From: a virus
Strand: one strand, 5' to 3'
Length of the DNA: 64,000 nt
IMG/VR virus record: IMGVR_UViG_3300020420_000009
Location: 65,719-129,718 of that record
Part shown: piece by piece, positions 19,226 to 27,821 of the stretch
How the letters are laid out: each line of letters opens with the position of its first letter
Numbering within the stretch: the stretch's first letter is position 1
Translations under genes and position numbers: made by a program
Notes under the pieces: model-generated
What the model was told of the DNA's origin: nothing
Databases searched by the model: none
The model's input: only the letters and a program-made list of their open reading frames with translations

Positions 19226-21066
19226 TGTATTCTTGGAAGACAGTCCTAGTGACCATAGGGTTGCTCTTCGGACTCAAAGTTTGGAATCCATATCTAGTAG
19301 AAAATATCACATGGTCATGGTTTGACTTCTTACACCAATCTCACGAAATAGAACAAGTCGATAATATTGTTCTAGTTGACATAGACGAAAAATCTTTAGA
19401 AAAATATGGTCAATATCCTTGGCCAAGAAACTTATATTCAGATATACTTTTTGAATCTCACTATTCAAACACTCATGTATTCACACAATTATTCAAAGAA
19501 CCTGATAGATTTCAGGGTGACGAATCATTTGCAGAGGGATTAGTTAATCGTCTAACGATACTTTCAGCTGCACCAACAATCCAAAAAGATACTGGTTCTG
19601 CACCATATGTTAGGACTTCTATATTTGGTGGAGGAGATATATCAGAACATATATGGAACTTCTCGGGTATTGCAAGTCCAGTTGATATCCTGAAACAAAA
19701 TACTTATGGAGTTGGTGTGACAGTCACTACTCCAGCTGTCAGCGGAACTCCTAACTTTGACGGGACTGTTCGTTCTGCACCCCTGATAGTTTCTGCAAAT
19801 GAAGTTGTATATCCTTCTGTTGCATTAGAAGTCATGCGTGCAATGTTTGACCAAAAGAATTATCAGACTAGAGTCACACCCGAAGTTGGTATTGAATGGA
19901 TTCGTATAGGAAGGAATCCACCGATACAAACTACACCAACTGCTGATGTTATGATTTCATATTGGAATGAGTTTCAAAGAATATCAGCAGCTGATTTATC
20001 TAATTCAGATATTCAGGGTAAGATTCTTGTATGGGGTCTGACTGCTGAGGGTCTGAATAATCCAGTTTCAACCCCAGTGGGTGTAATGTATCCCCACGAA
20101 GTTCAAGGGAATATCCTCCACTCCGTCTCCACAGGAGTTCAAATACAACAATCCTACTATCTTGAATTTGTATCTCTCGTTCTTCTTTTGTCAGTCCTTC
20201 TAGGAATATTGGTAGTGGTTTACAAACTTCCCACAGTTTTTTCGGGGATAGTGAGTCTAGGTATTGTTGGATTTCAGGTGGGTGGGGGTCTCTATTTGTG
20301 GTCTTCATCTCTCGTTCTTTTCGATATTTTCTACTCATCGATTGCCTCCATAGTTGTGTTTGGACATGCTTCCTTTAACAAATACTATAGAACATATCAA
20401 CTCAAAGAACAAATCAAGAAACAGTTCCAAAAATATTTATCTCCTGACATGGTTGACGAACTGGCTAAAAACCCTGAAAAATTGAGACTTGGTGGAGAAA
20501 GAAAGGAAATGACCTTCATGTTCATGGACATATGTGGGTTCACTCCCATAAGCGAACACTATAAAAATAATGACGACCCCGAAGGTTTAGTCGAACTCAT
20601 AAACAAGTTCTTAGATATGCAAACAAAAATCATCATAAATAATCAAGGAACTATCGATAAATATATGGGCGACTGTATCATGAGTTTTTGGAATGCTCCC
20701 TTGGACTGTAAAAACCATGCTGAACTCGCTGTAAAATCTGCACTGGAGGTGTTAGATGCAACTAAAGAACTTAATAAAGAACTCTCTCCTCTCAATCTTC
20801 CTCCTATCAATGTCGGCATTGGTATCAGCACAGGAGAATGTATTGTCGGAAACATGGGGTCAGAAGTTAGATTTGACTATTCCGTCATTGGAGACGCAGT
20901 CAACTTGGGTGCTAGACTCGAGGGCCAAACAAGGAATTATGATGGGGTGGACTTGTTGTTATCGGAAAGAACTTATCAGTGCTGTCCAAATGGAAGCTTC
21001 ACAGAAGTCGATAGGATACTTGTCAAAGGCAAATCAGAGAAGGTTCGAATATATACACCGATATGA
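19225..21066 (+). CDS. CHASE2-domain membrane adenylate cyclase (class III)
   Basis: N-terminal TM; CHASE2 motifs IVLVDIDEKSL..YGQYPWPR and DGTVR; about 3 TMs; cyclase motifs FMDICGFT, DKYMGD, GNMGS..RFDYSVIGDAVNLGARLE, VKGK. Confidence 0.92.
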   Translation: MYSWKTVLVTIGLLFGLKVWNPYLVENITWSWFDFLHQSHEIEQVDNIVLVDIDEKSLEKYGQYPWPRNLYSDILFESHYSNTHVFTQLFKEPDRFQGDESFAEGLVNRLTILSAAPTIQKDTGSAPYVRTSIFGGGDISEHIWNFSGIASPVDILKQNTYGVGVTVTTPAVSGTPNFDGTVRSAPLIVSANEVVYPSVALEVMRAMFDQKNYQTRVTPEVGIEWIRIGRNPPIQTTPTADVMISYWNEFQRISAADLSNSDIQGKILVWGLTAEGLNNPVSTPVGVMYPHEVQGNILHSVSTGVQIQQSYYLEFVSLVLLLSVLLGILVVVYKLPTVFSGIVSLGIVGFQVGGGLYLWSSSLVLFDIFYSSIASIVVFGHASFNKYYRTYQLKEQIKKQFQKYLSPDMVDELAKNPEKLRLGGERKEMTFMFMDICGFTPISEHYKNNDDPEGLVELINKFLDMQTKIIINNQGTIDKYMGDCIMSFWNAPLDCKNHAELAVKSALEVLDATKELNKELSPLNLPPINVGIGISTGECIVGNMGSEVRFDYSVIGDAVNLGARLEGQTRNYDGVDLLLSERTYQCCPNGSFTEVDRILVKGKSEKVRIYTPI

Positions 21067-21379
21067 TTTAGTTGACCCACCCACAAAAGCTGACTGGTCA
21101 CTATTTGTTTTATTACAATTTGCAGATGTCTACACAACTTCCCGTGGTCTTAAATATAAATGTGTAAAAGAAATAAATCCTTTCATAGGTGATAGACCGT
21201 CTAGAAAAGATATGATATACACAAAGGTTGCTGTATTAACTCCTGCTTTTCAAATCGATATTAATAGAGGTGAACTTACTCGAAAATCAATGAGAAGTGT
21301 AAATACAATTATGTCACTTGTAATATTGAATAATTATGAAGTGATGCAGAAGGCAGAAAGATACTGCGAAAAAATATAG
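20756..21379 (+). CDS. Overprinted exported or membrane protein
   Basis: GGAGGT RBS at 20745-20750; signal peptide MQLKNLIKNSLLSIFLLSMSALVSA; overlaps the cyclase by 311 nt; C-terminal ADVYTT...EINPF region. Confidence 0.65.
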   Translation: MQLKNLIKNSLLSIFLLSMSALVSAQENVLSETWGQKLDLTIPSLETQSTWVLDSRAKQGIMMGWTCCYRKELISAVQMEASQKSIGYLSKANQRRFEYIHRYDLVDPPTKADWSLFVLLQFADVYTTSRGLKYKCVKEINPFIGDRPSRKDMIYTKVAVLTPAFQIDINRGELTRKSMRSVNTIMSLVILNNYEVMQKAERYCEKI

Positions 21380-21387
21380 AAAAGCCC

Positions 21388-21427
21388 CTTGACTTTTTAC
21401 ACTTTGACCCCATATAATATATAAATA
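21388..21427 (+). promoter_or_regulatory. Composite hsp20 promoter: sigma32-like, sigma70-like and late
   Basis: CTTGAC-14 nt-CCCCATAT; TTGACT-18 nt-TATAAT; TATAAATA at 21420-21427. Confidence 0.7.
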
Positions 21428-21487
21428 CTATTGTAATTGCTCAATAGAGGATTACATATATTAACTTGCTAAAAATAGGAGAAAAAT

Positions 21488-21898
21488 ATGACGCATTTAG
21501 ATATATTTGGTCAATTCAGACCGTTCGCAATAGGATTTGATAGGTATTTCGAAGACCTCGAAAGAATGTCAAATATCACACAAACCAATTACCCACCTTA
21601 CAATGTTGTAAAGGAAGACGATGAACATTTCAGTGTCGAACTTGCAGTTGCTGGGTTCAGTAAGAAAGATGTTTCTATCACTAAAGAGAAGAATGTCCTT
21701 GTTATTGAAGGTAAAGTAGAAGATGAATCTAAGGACTTTGTCCATAAAGGTTTGGCTTCTAGAGCATTTAAGAGAAGCTTTACACTTGCAGATGATGTAG
21801 AAATCAGTGGTGCAAGTCTAAAAGACGGTATCTTGGTTGTGAGTTTAGAGAGAGTTGTTCCCGAAGAGGATAAACCTGTCTCTATAAAAATTTCTTAA
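21488..21898 (+). CDS. hsp20: Small heat shock protein (IbpA-like)
   Basis: IGFDR, NYPPYNV, ELAVAGF, HKGLASRAF.RSF.L, A.LKDGIL. Confidence 0.95.
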   Translation: MTHLDIFGQFRPFAIGFDRYFEDLERMSNITQTNYPPYNVVKEDDEHFSVELAVAGFSKKDVSITKEKNVLVIEGKVEDESKDFVHKGLASRAFKRSFTLADDVEISGASLKDGILVVSLERVVPEEDKPVSIKIS

Positions 21899-21911
21899 AA
21901 CCCTATATACA

Positions 21912-21946
21912 GAATAGACTTCTGTTGTTATAATGGAAGTCTATTC
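21912..21946. repeat. 11-bp inverted repeat enclosing TGnTATAAT
   Basis: GAATAGACTTC...GAAGTCTATTC between hsp20 and the peroxiredoxin. Confidence 0.8.
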
Positions 21947-21972
21947 ATATTATATGAGAGAGGTATTATATT

Positions 21973-22470
21973 ATGTATGAAGTTGGAAGGATTATTCCTA
22001 GAATAAGATTTAAAGTCAGAGTTGACGGTGAATGGGATACTATTGATAGTCATGTCATAACCGAAGGTAAAAGAGTCGTAATCTTTGCACTGCCTGGCGC
22101 ATTCACACCAACATGTTCTACTTTTCAATTGCCTGGCTTCGAGGAAGCATATTCTAAATTCAAAGAAAAAGGAATAGACGAAATTTACTGTTTATCAGTT
22201 AATGATACATTCGTCATGAATTCTTGGTTTCAAGCTCAAGGAATAGAAAAAGTAAAAGCATTGCCTGACGGAAGTGCAATGTTCACAATAGCACTAGGTG
22301 CAAATGTTCAAAAAGATAACTTAGGTTTTGGAACTAGGTCTTGGAGATATGCAATGGTTGTAAACGATACTAGAGTCGAACAGATATTTTTCGAAGATGG
22401 TTTTGGTGACAATGCAGAATCAGACCCATACGAAGTTTCTTCACCCGAGAATGTTTTAGAAAATCTTTAA
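21973..22470 (+). CDS. Peroxiredoxin, Prx5 type
   Basis: LPGAFTPTCS, SVNDTFVM, GFGTRSWRYAM. Confidence 0.93.
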   Translation: MYEVGRIIPRIRFKVRVDGEWDTIDSHVITEGKRVVIFALPGAFTPTCSTFQLPGFEEAYSKFKEKGIDEIYCLSVNDTFVMNSWFQAQGIEKVKALPDGSAMFTIALGANVQKDNLGFGTRSWRYAMVVNDTRVEQIFFEDGFGDNAESDPYEVSSPENVLENL

Positions 22471-22478
22471 AAACCCAC

Positions 22479-22520
22479 TTGTCAATATGACTATGTTTAT
22501 GTTAATATAGTCATATGACT
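22479..22520 (+). promoter_or_regulatory. Sigma70-type promoter of the methyltransferase, inside inverted repeats
   Basis: TTGTCA-18 nt-TAATAT; ATATGACTAT (22485-94)/ATAGTCATAT (22507-16); palindrome AGTCATATGACT (22509-20) spans the ATG. Confidence 0.72.
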
Positions 22521-23768
22521 TACTTTCAATACAGTTTAAAAGACCTACAGGAACGCAGTTCCGAAAAGAAATTTTCTTATATTACATTCTTTGCAGGCGG
22601 TGGTGGTTCATCGTGTGCATATAAACTCGCAGGTGGTGATGTTAGATACATGAATGAGTTTCAACAGATTCATGTAGACACCTATCTTGCAAATTTCCCA
22701 AACACAGTTCATGAATGTAAAGATATTAAACAAGTCACAGGTGAAGGTATTATGGAACTCACTGGACTTAAAAAGTTTGAACTGGACATACTAGACGGTT
22801 CACCACCTTGTCCACCATTCTCTATGGCTGGAACTAAAAGAGAAGGTTGGGAACAAGAGAAAATGGCTTACGGTATGAAACAACAAAATATCGAAGACCT
22901 TACTTGGGAACAAATTAGAATCACAAAAGACTTAATGCCTAAAGTTATTGTATGTGAAAATGTAAAAGGTCTATCTATGGATTATGCAAGAGACCACCTA
23001 AACAAAATGGTAAACGATTTTGAAGCATTAGGTTATTCAGTCACATGGAAAGTTATGAAAGGTCATGAACATGGAGTTCCACAAAAGAGAGAAAGGGTAT
23101 TCATGGTTGGTGTTAGAGACGATGTATTAGATACAATCGGAATGCCATTCATGTGTTTGAGTGGTTTATTTCCACAACCTTCTAATGAAAGAACAAGTAT
23201 AGGTGAAGCAATTAATGATTTAGTAGACGACCCTACAAATGTCGAAGATGCTAAATACCTAGAACAGGCAATGATTGAAAGTTCAAAAGGTCATTGGGTG
23301 CATGGATTTGAAAAACACCCCGACCCCGAACTTTCTCACTGCACTCCCTGTAAAGGGATTGACGGAGTAAACGGAGATAACATGTCTTATATTTCTATAG
23401 GAGACCATATTGTAAAACCATGGTATCAAGAAAACATAAGACTAGGAAACATTCCACCCGAGAATGAAAAACATTCTTATTATATGTCAAGGATTGTTCC
23501 CGAAAATCTTCCAGCTCATTCACTAACTGAACAAGGTTGTCAACCAAAATTTATGGGTGGTAATCATTTTCATTATAGTGGTAAGAGAATATATACTCCA
23601 AAAGAAATGGTTAGACTTATGTCTTTACCAAATGATTATAAAATGACAGGTGATTACAATGACAAAGGTGCAAGGATAGGACTTATGGTTGCACCACTAT
23701 GTCTATATTACCTAGTAGAACAAATTAAGGAGCAAATATTGGAACCATGGAATTCGTTGCAAAAGTAG
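22515..23768 (+). CDS. DNA cytosine-C5 methyltransferase
   Basis: Motif I FAGGGG, IV GSPPCPPFS, VI ENVKG, VIII PQKRERVF, IX-X RLMSLP...IG. Confidence 0.93.
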   Translation: MTYFQYSLKDLQERSSEKKFSYITFFAGGGGSSCAYKLAGGDVRYMNEFQQIHVDTYLANFPNTVHECKDIKQVTGEGIMELTGLKKFELDILDGSPPCPPFSMAGTKREGWEQEKMAYGMKQQNIEDLTWEQIRITKDLMPKVIVCENVKGLSMDYARDHLNKMVNDFEALGYSVTWKVMKGHEHGVPQKRERVFMVGVRDDVLDTIGMPFMCLSGLFPQPSNERTSIGEAINDLVDDPTNVEDAKYLEQAMIESSKGHWVHGFEKHPDPELSHCTPCKGIDGVNGDNMSYISIGDHIVKPWYQENIRLGNIPPENEKHSYYMSRIVPENLPAHSLTEQGCQPKFMGGNHFHYSGKRIYTPKEMVRLMSLPNDYKMTGDYNDKGARIGLMVAPLCLYYLVEQIKEQILEPWNSLQK

Positions 23769-24745
23769 ACCACGGGTTTAAAGAAACCTTTGATAAATGG
23801 AATGGTAAGTTTCTGAAAGAAGATTCTTATGACGAAGTTATATCTTCAATTGGAGTAAAAGAAGATATCATAAAGATATCTAAACCAGTTGCAGCTATAG
23901 ACGGTGATTCACCACCACTTGCATATATTGTTAAGAATGCATATACTGGAAAAGATTATCAAGATATAAAGGACACATTGTTTTCTATAGACGATGTATC
24001 TACTATGAGAGCAAATGCATCAGGCCCAATCGACCACGAAGAAATGAAAAAGAAAGGTTTGATTGAAGGAGTCCATTATAAATTAAGAACACCTAACTCT
24101 TACTACCCTCTTAAAAAGAATGGTAAGTTCAATCGTATTGCAGAGGCAAATGCAATTCATTCAGTATTGATTGGATATAAAAGAGGAAGATTTACAGGAA
24201 TGATTAATCCTAGTGGTTGGATGAAAAAGAAATCTAATCAAGAGAAATGGGAAGTATTACAAAGAATTGCACCCCTCAATGAGGCTGCATTAAAGAAAGC
24301 CTCCCCCAGTGTGTGGCGTCAGCAGAGAGCATTTGCTGACAACTATATTGAAAGTAAGTATCACATAGGGGGAGCACCTATTACAGCTTTATCTGCAAAC
24401 AGATATTCAAGTGAAGGGACTGCAAAAATGTCTGCACACTTAGACGGTAAAGATTTAGAATTTGGATTGACAACAATGTGTGTTTTTAGAATCGGTGATT
24501 TTAAAGGTGCATATCTTTGTTTTCCAAGATACGGAATTGCAATTGAAGCTGACGATGGTGATGTATTGATTGCAGATTCTAATGAATTACATGGAGTCAC
24601 ACCTATCGAAGGAAACGGTGTAAGACTATCATGTGTTGCATATTGTGATGAACATGTTGCAACAAAGGGTATCGGTGGAAAATCCGAGAATCCTATCGGG
24701 CCCCATAATAAAGATAAACAAGGGTCACTCGATGAATTCTTTTAA
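23747..24745 (+). CDS. TET/JBP-family 5-methylpyrimidine dioxygenase
   Basis: AHLDGKD (HxD), ELHGVTP, RLSCVAYC; overlaps the C5-MTase stop. Confidence 0.8.
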   Translation: MEFVAKVDHGFKETFDKWNGKFLKEDSYDEVISSIGVKEDIIKISKPVAAIDGDSPPLAYIVKNAYTGKDYQDIKDTLFSIDDVSTMRANASGPIDHEEMKKKGLIEGVHYKLRTPNSYYPLKKNGKFNRIAEANAIHSVLIGYKRGRFTGMINPSGWMKKKSNQEKWEVLQRIAPLNEAALKKASPSVWRQQRAFADNYIESKYHIGGAPITALSANRYSSEGTAKMSAHLDGKDLEFGLTTMCVFRIGDFKGAYLCFPRYGIAIEADDGDVLIADSNELHGVTPIEGNGVRLSCVAYCDEHVATKGIGGKSENPIGPHNKDKQGSLDEFF

Positions 24746-24799
24746 CCGTTGTATACTGGGTATGAAGGTATATAACACTTTTGCAAAAGGAGTATAACC

Positions 24800-25795
24800 A
24801 TGCAATTGAATTATGATATAGAGAGAAGCAGAAAAGCTTATCCTCCCATTACTGGTAATGGAATCAAAAAAAATCTCGGGAGACAGGACGGCCCGTTGTC
24901 TAGGTTGGTGACAACAGACGAAAATGGTGTTCTAAAACAACCAAGGCAAATTGCTTTGGAAGACAACCAATATGGAATAGTAAAAGACTTTCAACAATTT
25001 GGAGTTGATTACAGTAAAGAACCTATGGTTGTTGAACTGAGAGGTGACGGACAACTCGAACTCATTTCGGGTTTCGGTAGACTTTCTGCATTATTATCAA
25101 TGGGTATCAATAGATACTTTTACGAAGTCTTACAATTTGAGTCTCCAAAAGACAAAATCAAATGGAAAAGACTATTCAATACTGGAGACGACCATAGAAA
25201 AAAGGGAACTCCAAATACACTAGACACATACAAAAAAGGTTTAGTGGAAATGAAACATGCAAGTTGTATCAATTGGAGAGATGACGATGTTTGTAGAGCA
25301 GAAATCAGAGATATGTCTGATGGAACTCTTTCAGATACAGAAGTTGAAACTGTATTGAATAGATTTAGACAGAGTAATACTAAAGAAGAAAATGTTGTAG
25401 GATATACAACAAATGAAGCTAACAAAACAGCAAAACTATTAGGACAACCAACTAAAGGTTATGTCAAAAATACTTCTAATCCTGCTTGGGATAGAAGTGG
25501 TTATTGCAGATATGAAGGTAATTTTAGTAGTAAAATCTACGATATAGTAGAACTATATGATAACTATGGTGCAAAAATTGAAATCGTAGGTTTCATAATG
25601 AATCCAGTTCACGACAGAATTGAGAAACAAAGAAAAGATTATCTCAAAGGTTTCAACAGAGCAAAAGCTTGGATGAAAAAACATCTAAAGCCTGAGTATC
25701 ATGACATAGTTGTGTTCAAAGGATTTCTTCCACAAATTACAACTGCCGACCCAAAACAAAATGGTTTACCTAGGGAGAGAGATTTAGTATTATGA
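24800..25795 (+). CDS. Hypothetical protein, possible divergent ParB-like domain
   Basis: EPMVV...ELISGFGRL pattern; AAGGAG RBS. Confidence 0.5.
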   Translation: MQLNYDIERSRKAYPPITGNGIKKNLGRQDGPLSRLVTTDENGVLKQPRQIALEDNQYGIVKDFQQFGVDYSKEPMVVELRGDGQLELISGFGRLSALLSMGINRYFYEVLQFESPKDKIKWKRLFNTGDDHRKKGTPNTLDTYKKGLVEMKHASCINWRDDDVCRAEIRDMSDGTLSDTEVETVLNRFRQSNTKEENVVGYTTNEANKTAKLLGQPTKGYVKNTSNPAWDRSGYCRYEGNFSSKIYDIVELYDNYGAKIEIVGFIMNPVHDRIEKQRKDYLKGFNRAKAWMKKHLKPEYHDIVVFKGFLPQITTADPKQNGLPRERDLVL

Positions 25796-26328
25796 TATTT
25801 CTAATTGGAGGAATACCATGTTCGGGTAAGTCAACACTTACCCGAAATCTCATTAGTCGACTCCCCGACCCAGTTGATATTGAACCTAAAAAACTATTCA
25901 AGTGTCAAGAACATGGAGATATATTAGTTGTAGGTAGATATCCCGAGGGAGAAACTTTTGGTGGAACAGATAAATTATCTCATGGTTCTATTCCACATTT
26001 TAGAGAATTCATTGACGAGGTCACACCTAGATATAAACATACTATTATAGAAGGGGATAGATATTTTCGTAATGAAGATATAGAATGGTTGTTAGATAAT
26101 CATGAAGCAAAAGTTATCATACTAACAGTTCATATAGAGATAGAACATGATAGACATAATTTGAGAGGAGATACTCAATCGGAAGTATGGTTGCAAGGTA
26201 GAAGAACTCAAATAGATAATATTAGAAAGAACTTTAATCTCATGGATAGATTAATCATACATGATAATTATGATATACAACAATCTATGAAAATGGAAGA
26301 TTACATATATGGAAAAATTATTCAGTAA
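25792..26328 (+). CDS. P-loop nucleotide kinase of the type linked to base-modification loci
   Basis: GGIPCSGKST, FGGTDKLS, IIEGDR, RGDTQSE.W. Confidence 0.7.
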   Translation: MIFLIGGIPCSGKSTLTRNLISRLPDPVDIEPKKLFKCQEHGDILVVGRYPEGETFGGTDKLSHGSIPHFREFIDEVTPRYKHTIIEGDRYFRNEDIEWLLDNHEAKVIILTVHIEIEHDRHNLRGDTQSEVWLQGRRTQIDNIRKNFNLMDRLIIHDNYDIQQSMKMEDYIYGKIIQ

Positions 26329-26626
26329 AACATACATAGTTGTAGAAAACCCACATGAGAAGGACGCTGCAATAGAAATTATTGACGGTGAATGGAAAGG
26401 ATTAGTATACCAATATGGTAAAGTAGAGTTCGTTGAGAATAAGAATCATTTAAACTTTCAAAGAACAATACGAAGGATACCCGAAGGTGGTGACCTTGAT
26501 GAACTCCTAAATAATAACGAACTCAACAATCTTATGGGAGACATACTTGTTGAACTTATGCAAGAACAAATCGAGAGGGATAAGCATGAACATAGAAAAA
26601 TTGAAGGAACAAATAAAGCGACATGA
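26309..26626 (+). CDS. Conserved T4-like hypothetical protein
   Basis: G.VYQYGKVEF...GDILVEL. Confidence 0.6.
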   Translation: MEKLFSKTYIVVENPHEKDAAIEIIDGEWKGLVYQYGKVEFVENKNHLNFQRTIRRIPEGGDLDELLNNNELNNLMGDILVELMQEQIERDKHEHRKIEGTNKAT

Positions 26627-27032
26627 AGGTGAAGTATTGGAAGTATACGCAGATTCATTGGGTTATCTTACACTGGGTGTTGGACACCTCATACAACCTA
26701 ATGACCCCGAACATGGGCAACCAGCTGGAACTCCAGTAAGTCAAGAAGTAGTTGACGAATATTACGCAATAGATTTTGACAAACATTTAGAAGAAACAAA
26801 ACATGTCATAGGATATGATGTTTTTGACGGACTTCCTGGCGAGATACAAGAAGTTTTAGTTAACATGTGTTTCAACTTAGGTGGAACAAGATTAGGTAAA
26901 TTTAGAAACATGTTGAATGCAGTAGAAGACCACGATTGGGAAAAAATGGCAGTTGAGATGGAAGATAGCCGTTGGTTTAGACAAGTTGGAAGAAGGTCTG
27001 TAGAGTTGCAAGAAATTGTGAGAAATGTATGA
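26586..27032 (+). CDS. Phage lysozyme (GH24, T4 e-like)
   Basis: HEG...Y.DSLGYLTLGVGH (E-8-D-5-T), NMCFNLG, DSRW.RQV..R. Confidence 0.88.
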   Translation: MNIEKLKEQIKRHEGEVLEVYADSLGYLTLGVGHLIQPNDPEHGQPAGTPVSQEVVDEYYAIDFDKHLEETKHVIGYDVFDGLPGEIQEVLVNMCFNLGGTRLGKFRNMLNAVEDHDWEKMAVEMEDSRWFRQVGRRSVELQEIVRNV

Positions 27033-27372
27033 ACCAATAAAAGGATACAAAGTTAAATGTATCCGTCTCAATACAGGTGAGGTTATTATGGGTTTTGTGA
27101 AGAAAACTCCAAATGGATTTGAAATCATAGAACCACAAATTATACTTACCGTTGCAGAGAACAATCAAATGGAAGTAAATTTTGCACCATGGATACCATA
27201 TGCAAGAGATTACCATTTTAGAATATTAGACCAGCAAATACAAACAGTATTTGACCCTAAACCCGAACTCACACAAAACTTTAAGTTTGTGACGGGGAAT
27301 CAACCGAGAGGAGATTTGAAAGAGTTTATTGAGGAAAAAAATGAAAGAAAAAGTAATAAAAATAATAGCTGA
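27025..27372 (+). CDS. Conserved T4-like Sm-fold-like protein
   Basis: IRLNTGEVIMG...FAPWIPY. Confidence 0.6.
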   Translation: MYEPIKGYKVKCIRLNTGEVIMGFVKKTPNGFEIIEPQIILTVAENNQMEVNFAPWIPYARDYHFRILDQQIQTVFDPKPELTQNFKFVTGNQPRGDLKEFIEEKNERKSNKNNS

Positions 27373-27565
27373 CCATCTTAAAATAGATGAGTCAACTGTA
27401 TCACTTGACTCCCAAATAATTGAGGATTTAGGTGCAGATTCTTTACATATAGTAGAATTGGTAATGGAGATAGAAAATAATTTTGACATTACTATACCTG
27501 ATGATGATGCAGAAGGTTTAACAACTGTAGGTAAAGTTGTAGAATATGTGGAGGACTATGCATAA
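27341..27565 (+). CDS. acpP: Acyl carrier protein
   Basis: EDLGADSL phosphopantetheine site, VELVMEIE..FDI.IPDDDAE...TVG. Confidence 0.9.
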   Translation: MKEKVIKIIADHLKIDESTVSLDSQIIEDLGADSLHIVELVMEIENNFDITIPDDDAEGLTTVGKVVEYVEDYA

Positions 27566-27798
27566 TGGATTTTTTAAATAGAGTCATGACTGCTCAGGTA
27601 GGACAAGCTGATGCAATGATTGAAAAACATAAAATCAACATAGAAGTATTAACTAAAAATGCAAGTGGTGTTGCAGACCACCCCGACTTAATGAAAACAG
27701 TTGAAGATGAACTGAATCAAATTGGTCACTGGGAAGAAATTAAATCAGTTGCACTAAAACATTTCGATTTCGAAAAGAAAAGAACCTTGACAGAATAG
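27565..27798 (+). CDS. Conserved hypothetical protein
   Basis: NIEV...GVADHPD...EL pattern. Confidence 0.65.
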   Translation: MDFLNRVMTAQVGQADAMIEKHKINIEVLTKNASGVADHPDLMKTVEDELNQIGHWEEIKSVALKHFDFEKKRTLTE

Positions 27799-27815
27799 TA
27801 TCCCTCTAGTATAAT
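27787..27815 (+). promoter_or_regulatory. Consensus sigma70 promoter of the DNA polymerase
   Basis: TTGACA-17 nt-TATAAT; ATG 6 nt after. Confidence 0.85.
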
Positions 27816-27821
27816 TATATT

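Noticed and set aside
22515-23768. Methyltransferase as part of a restriction-modification system
   Set aside because: The neighbouring gene is a TET/JBP dioxygenase, not an endonuclease
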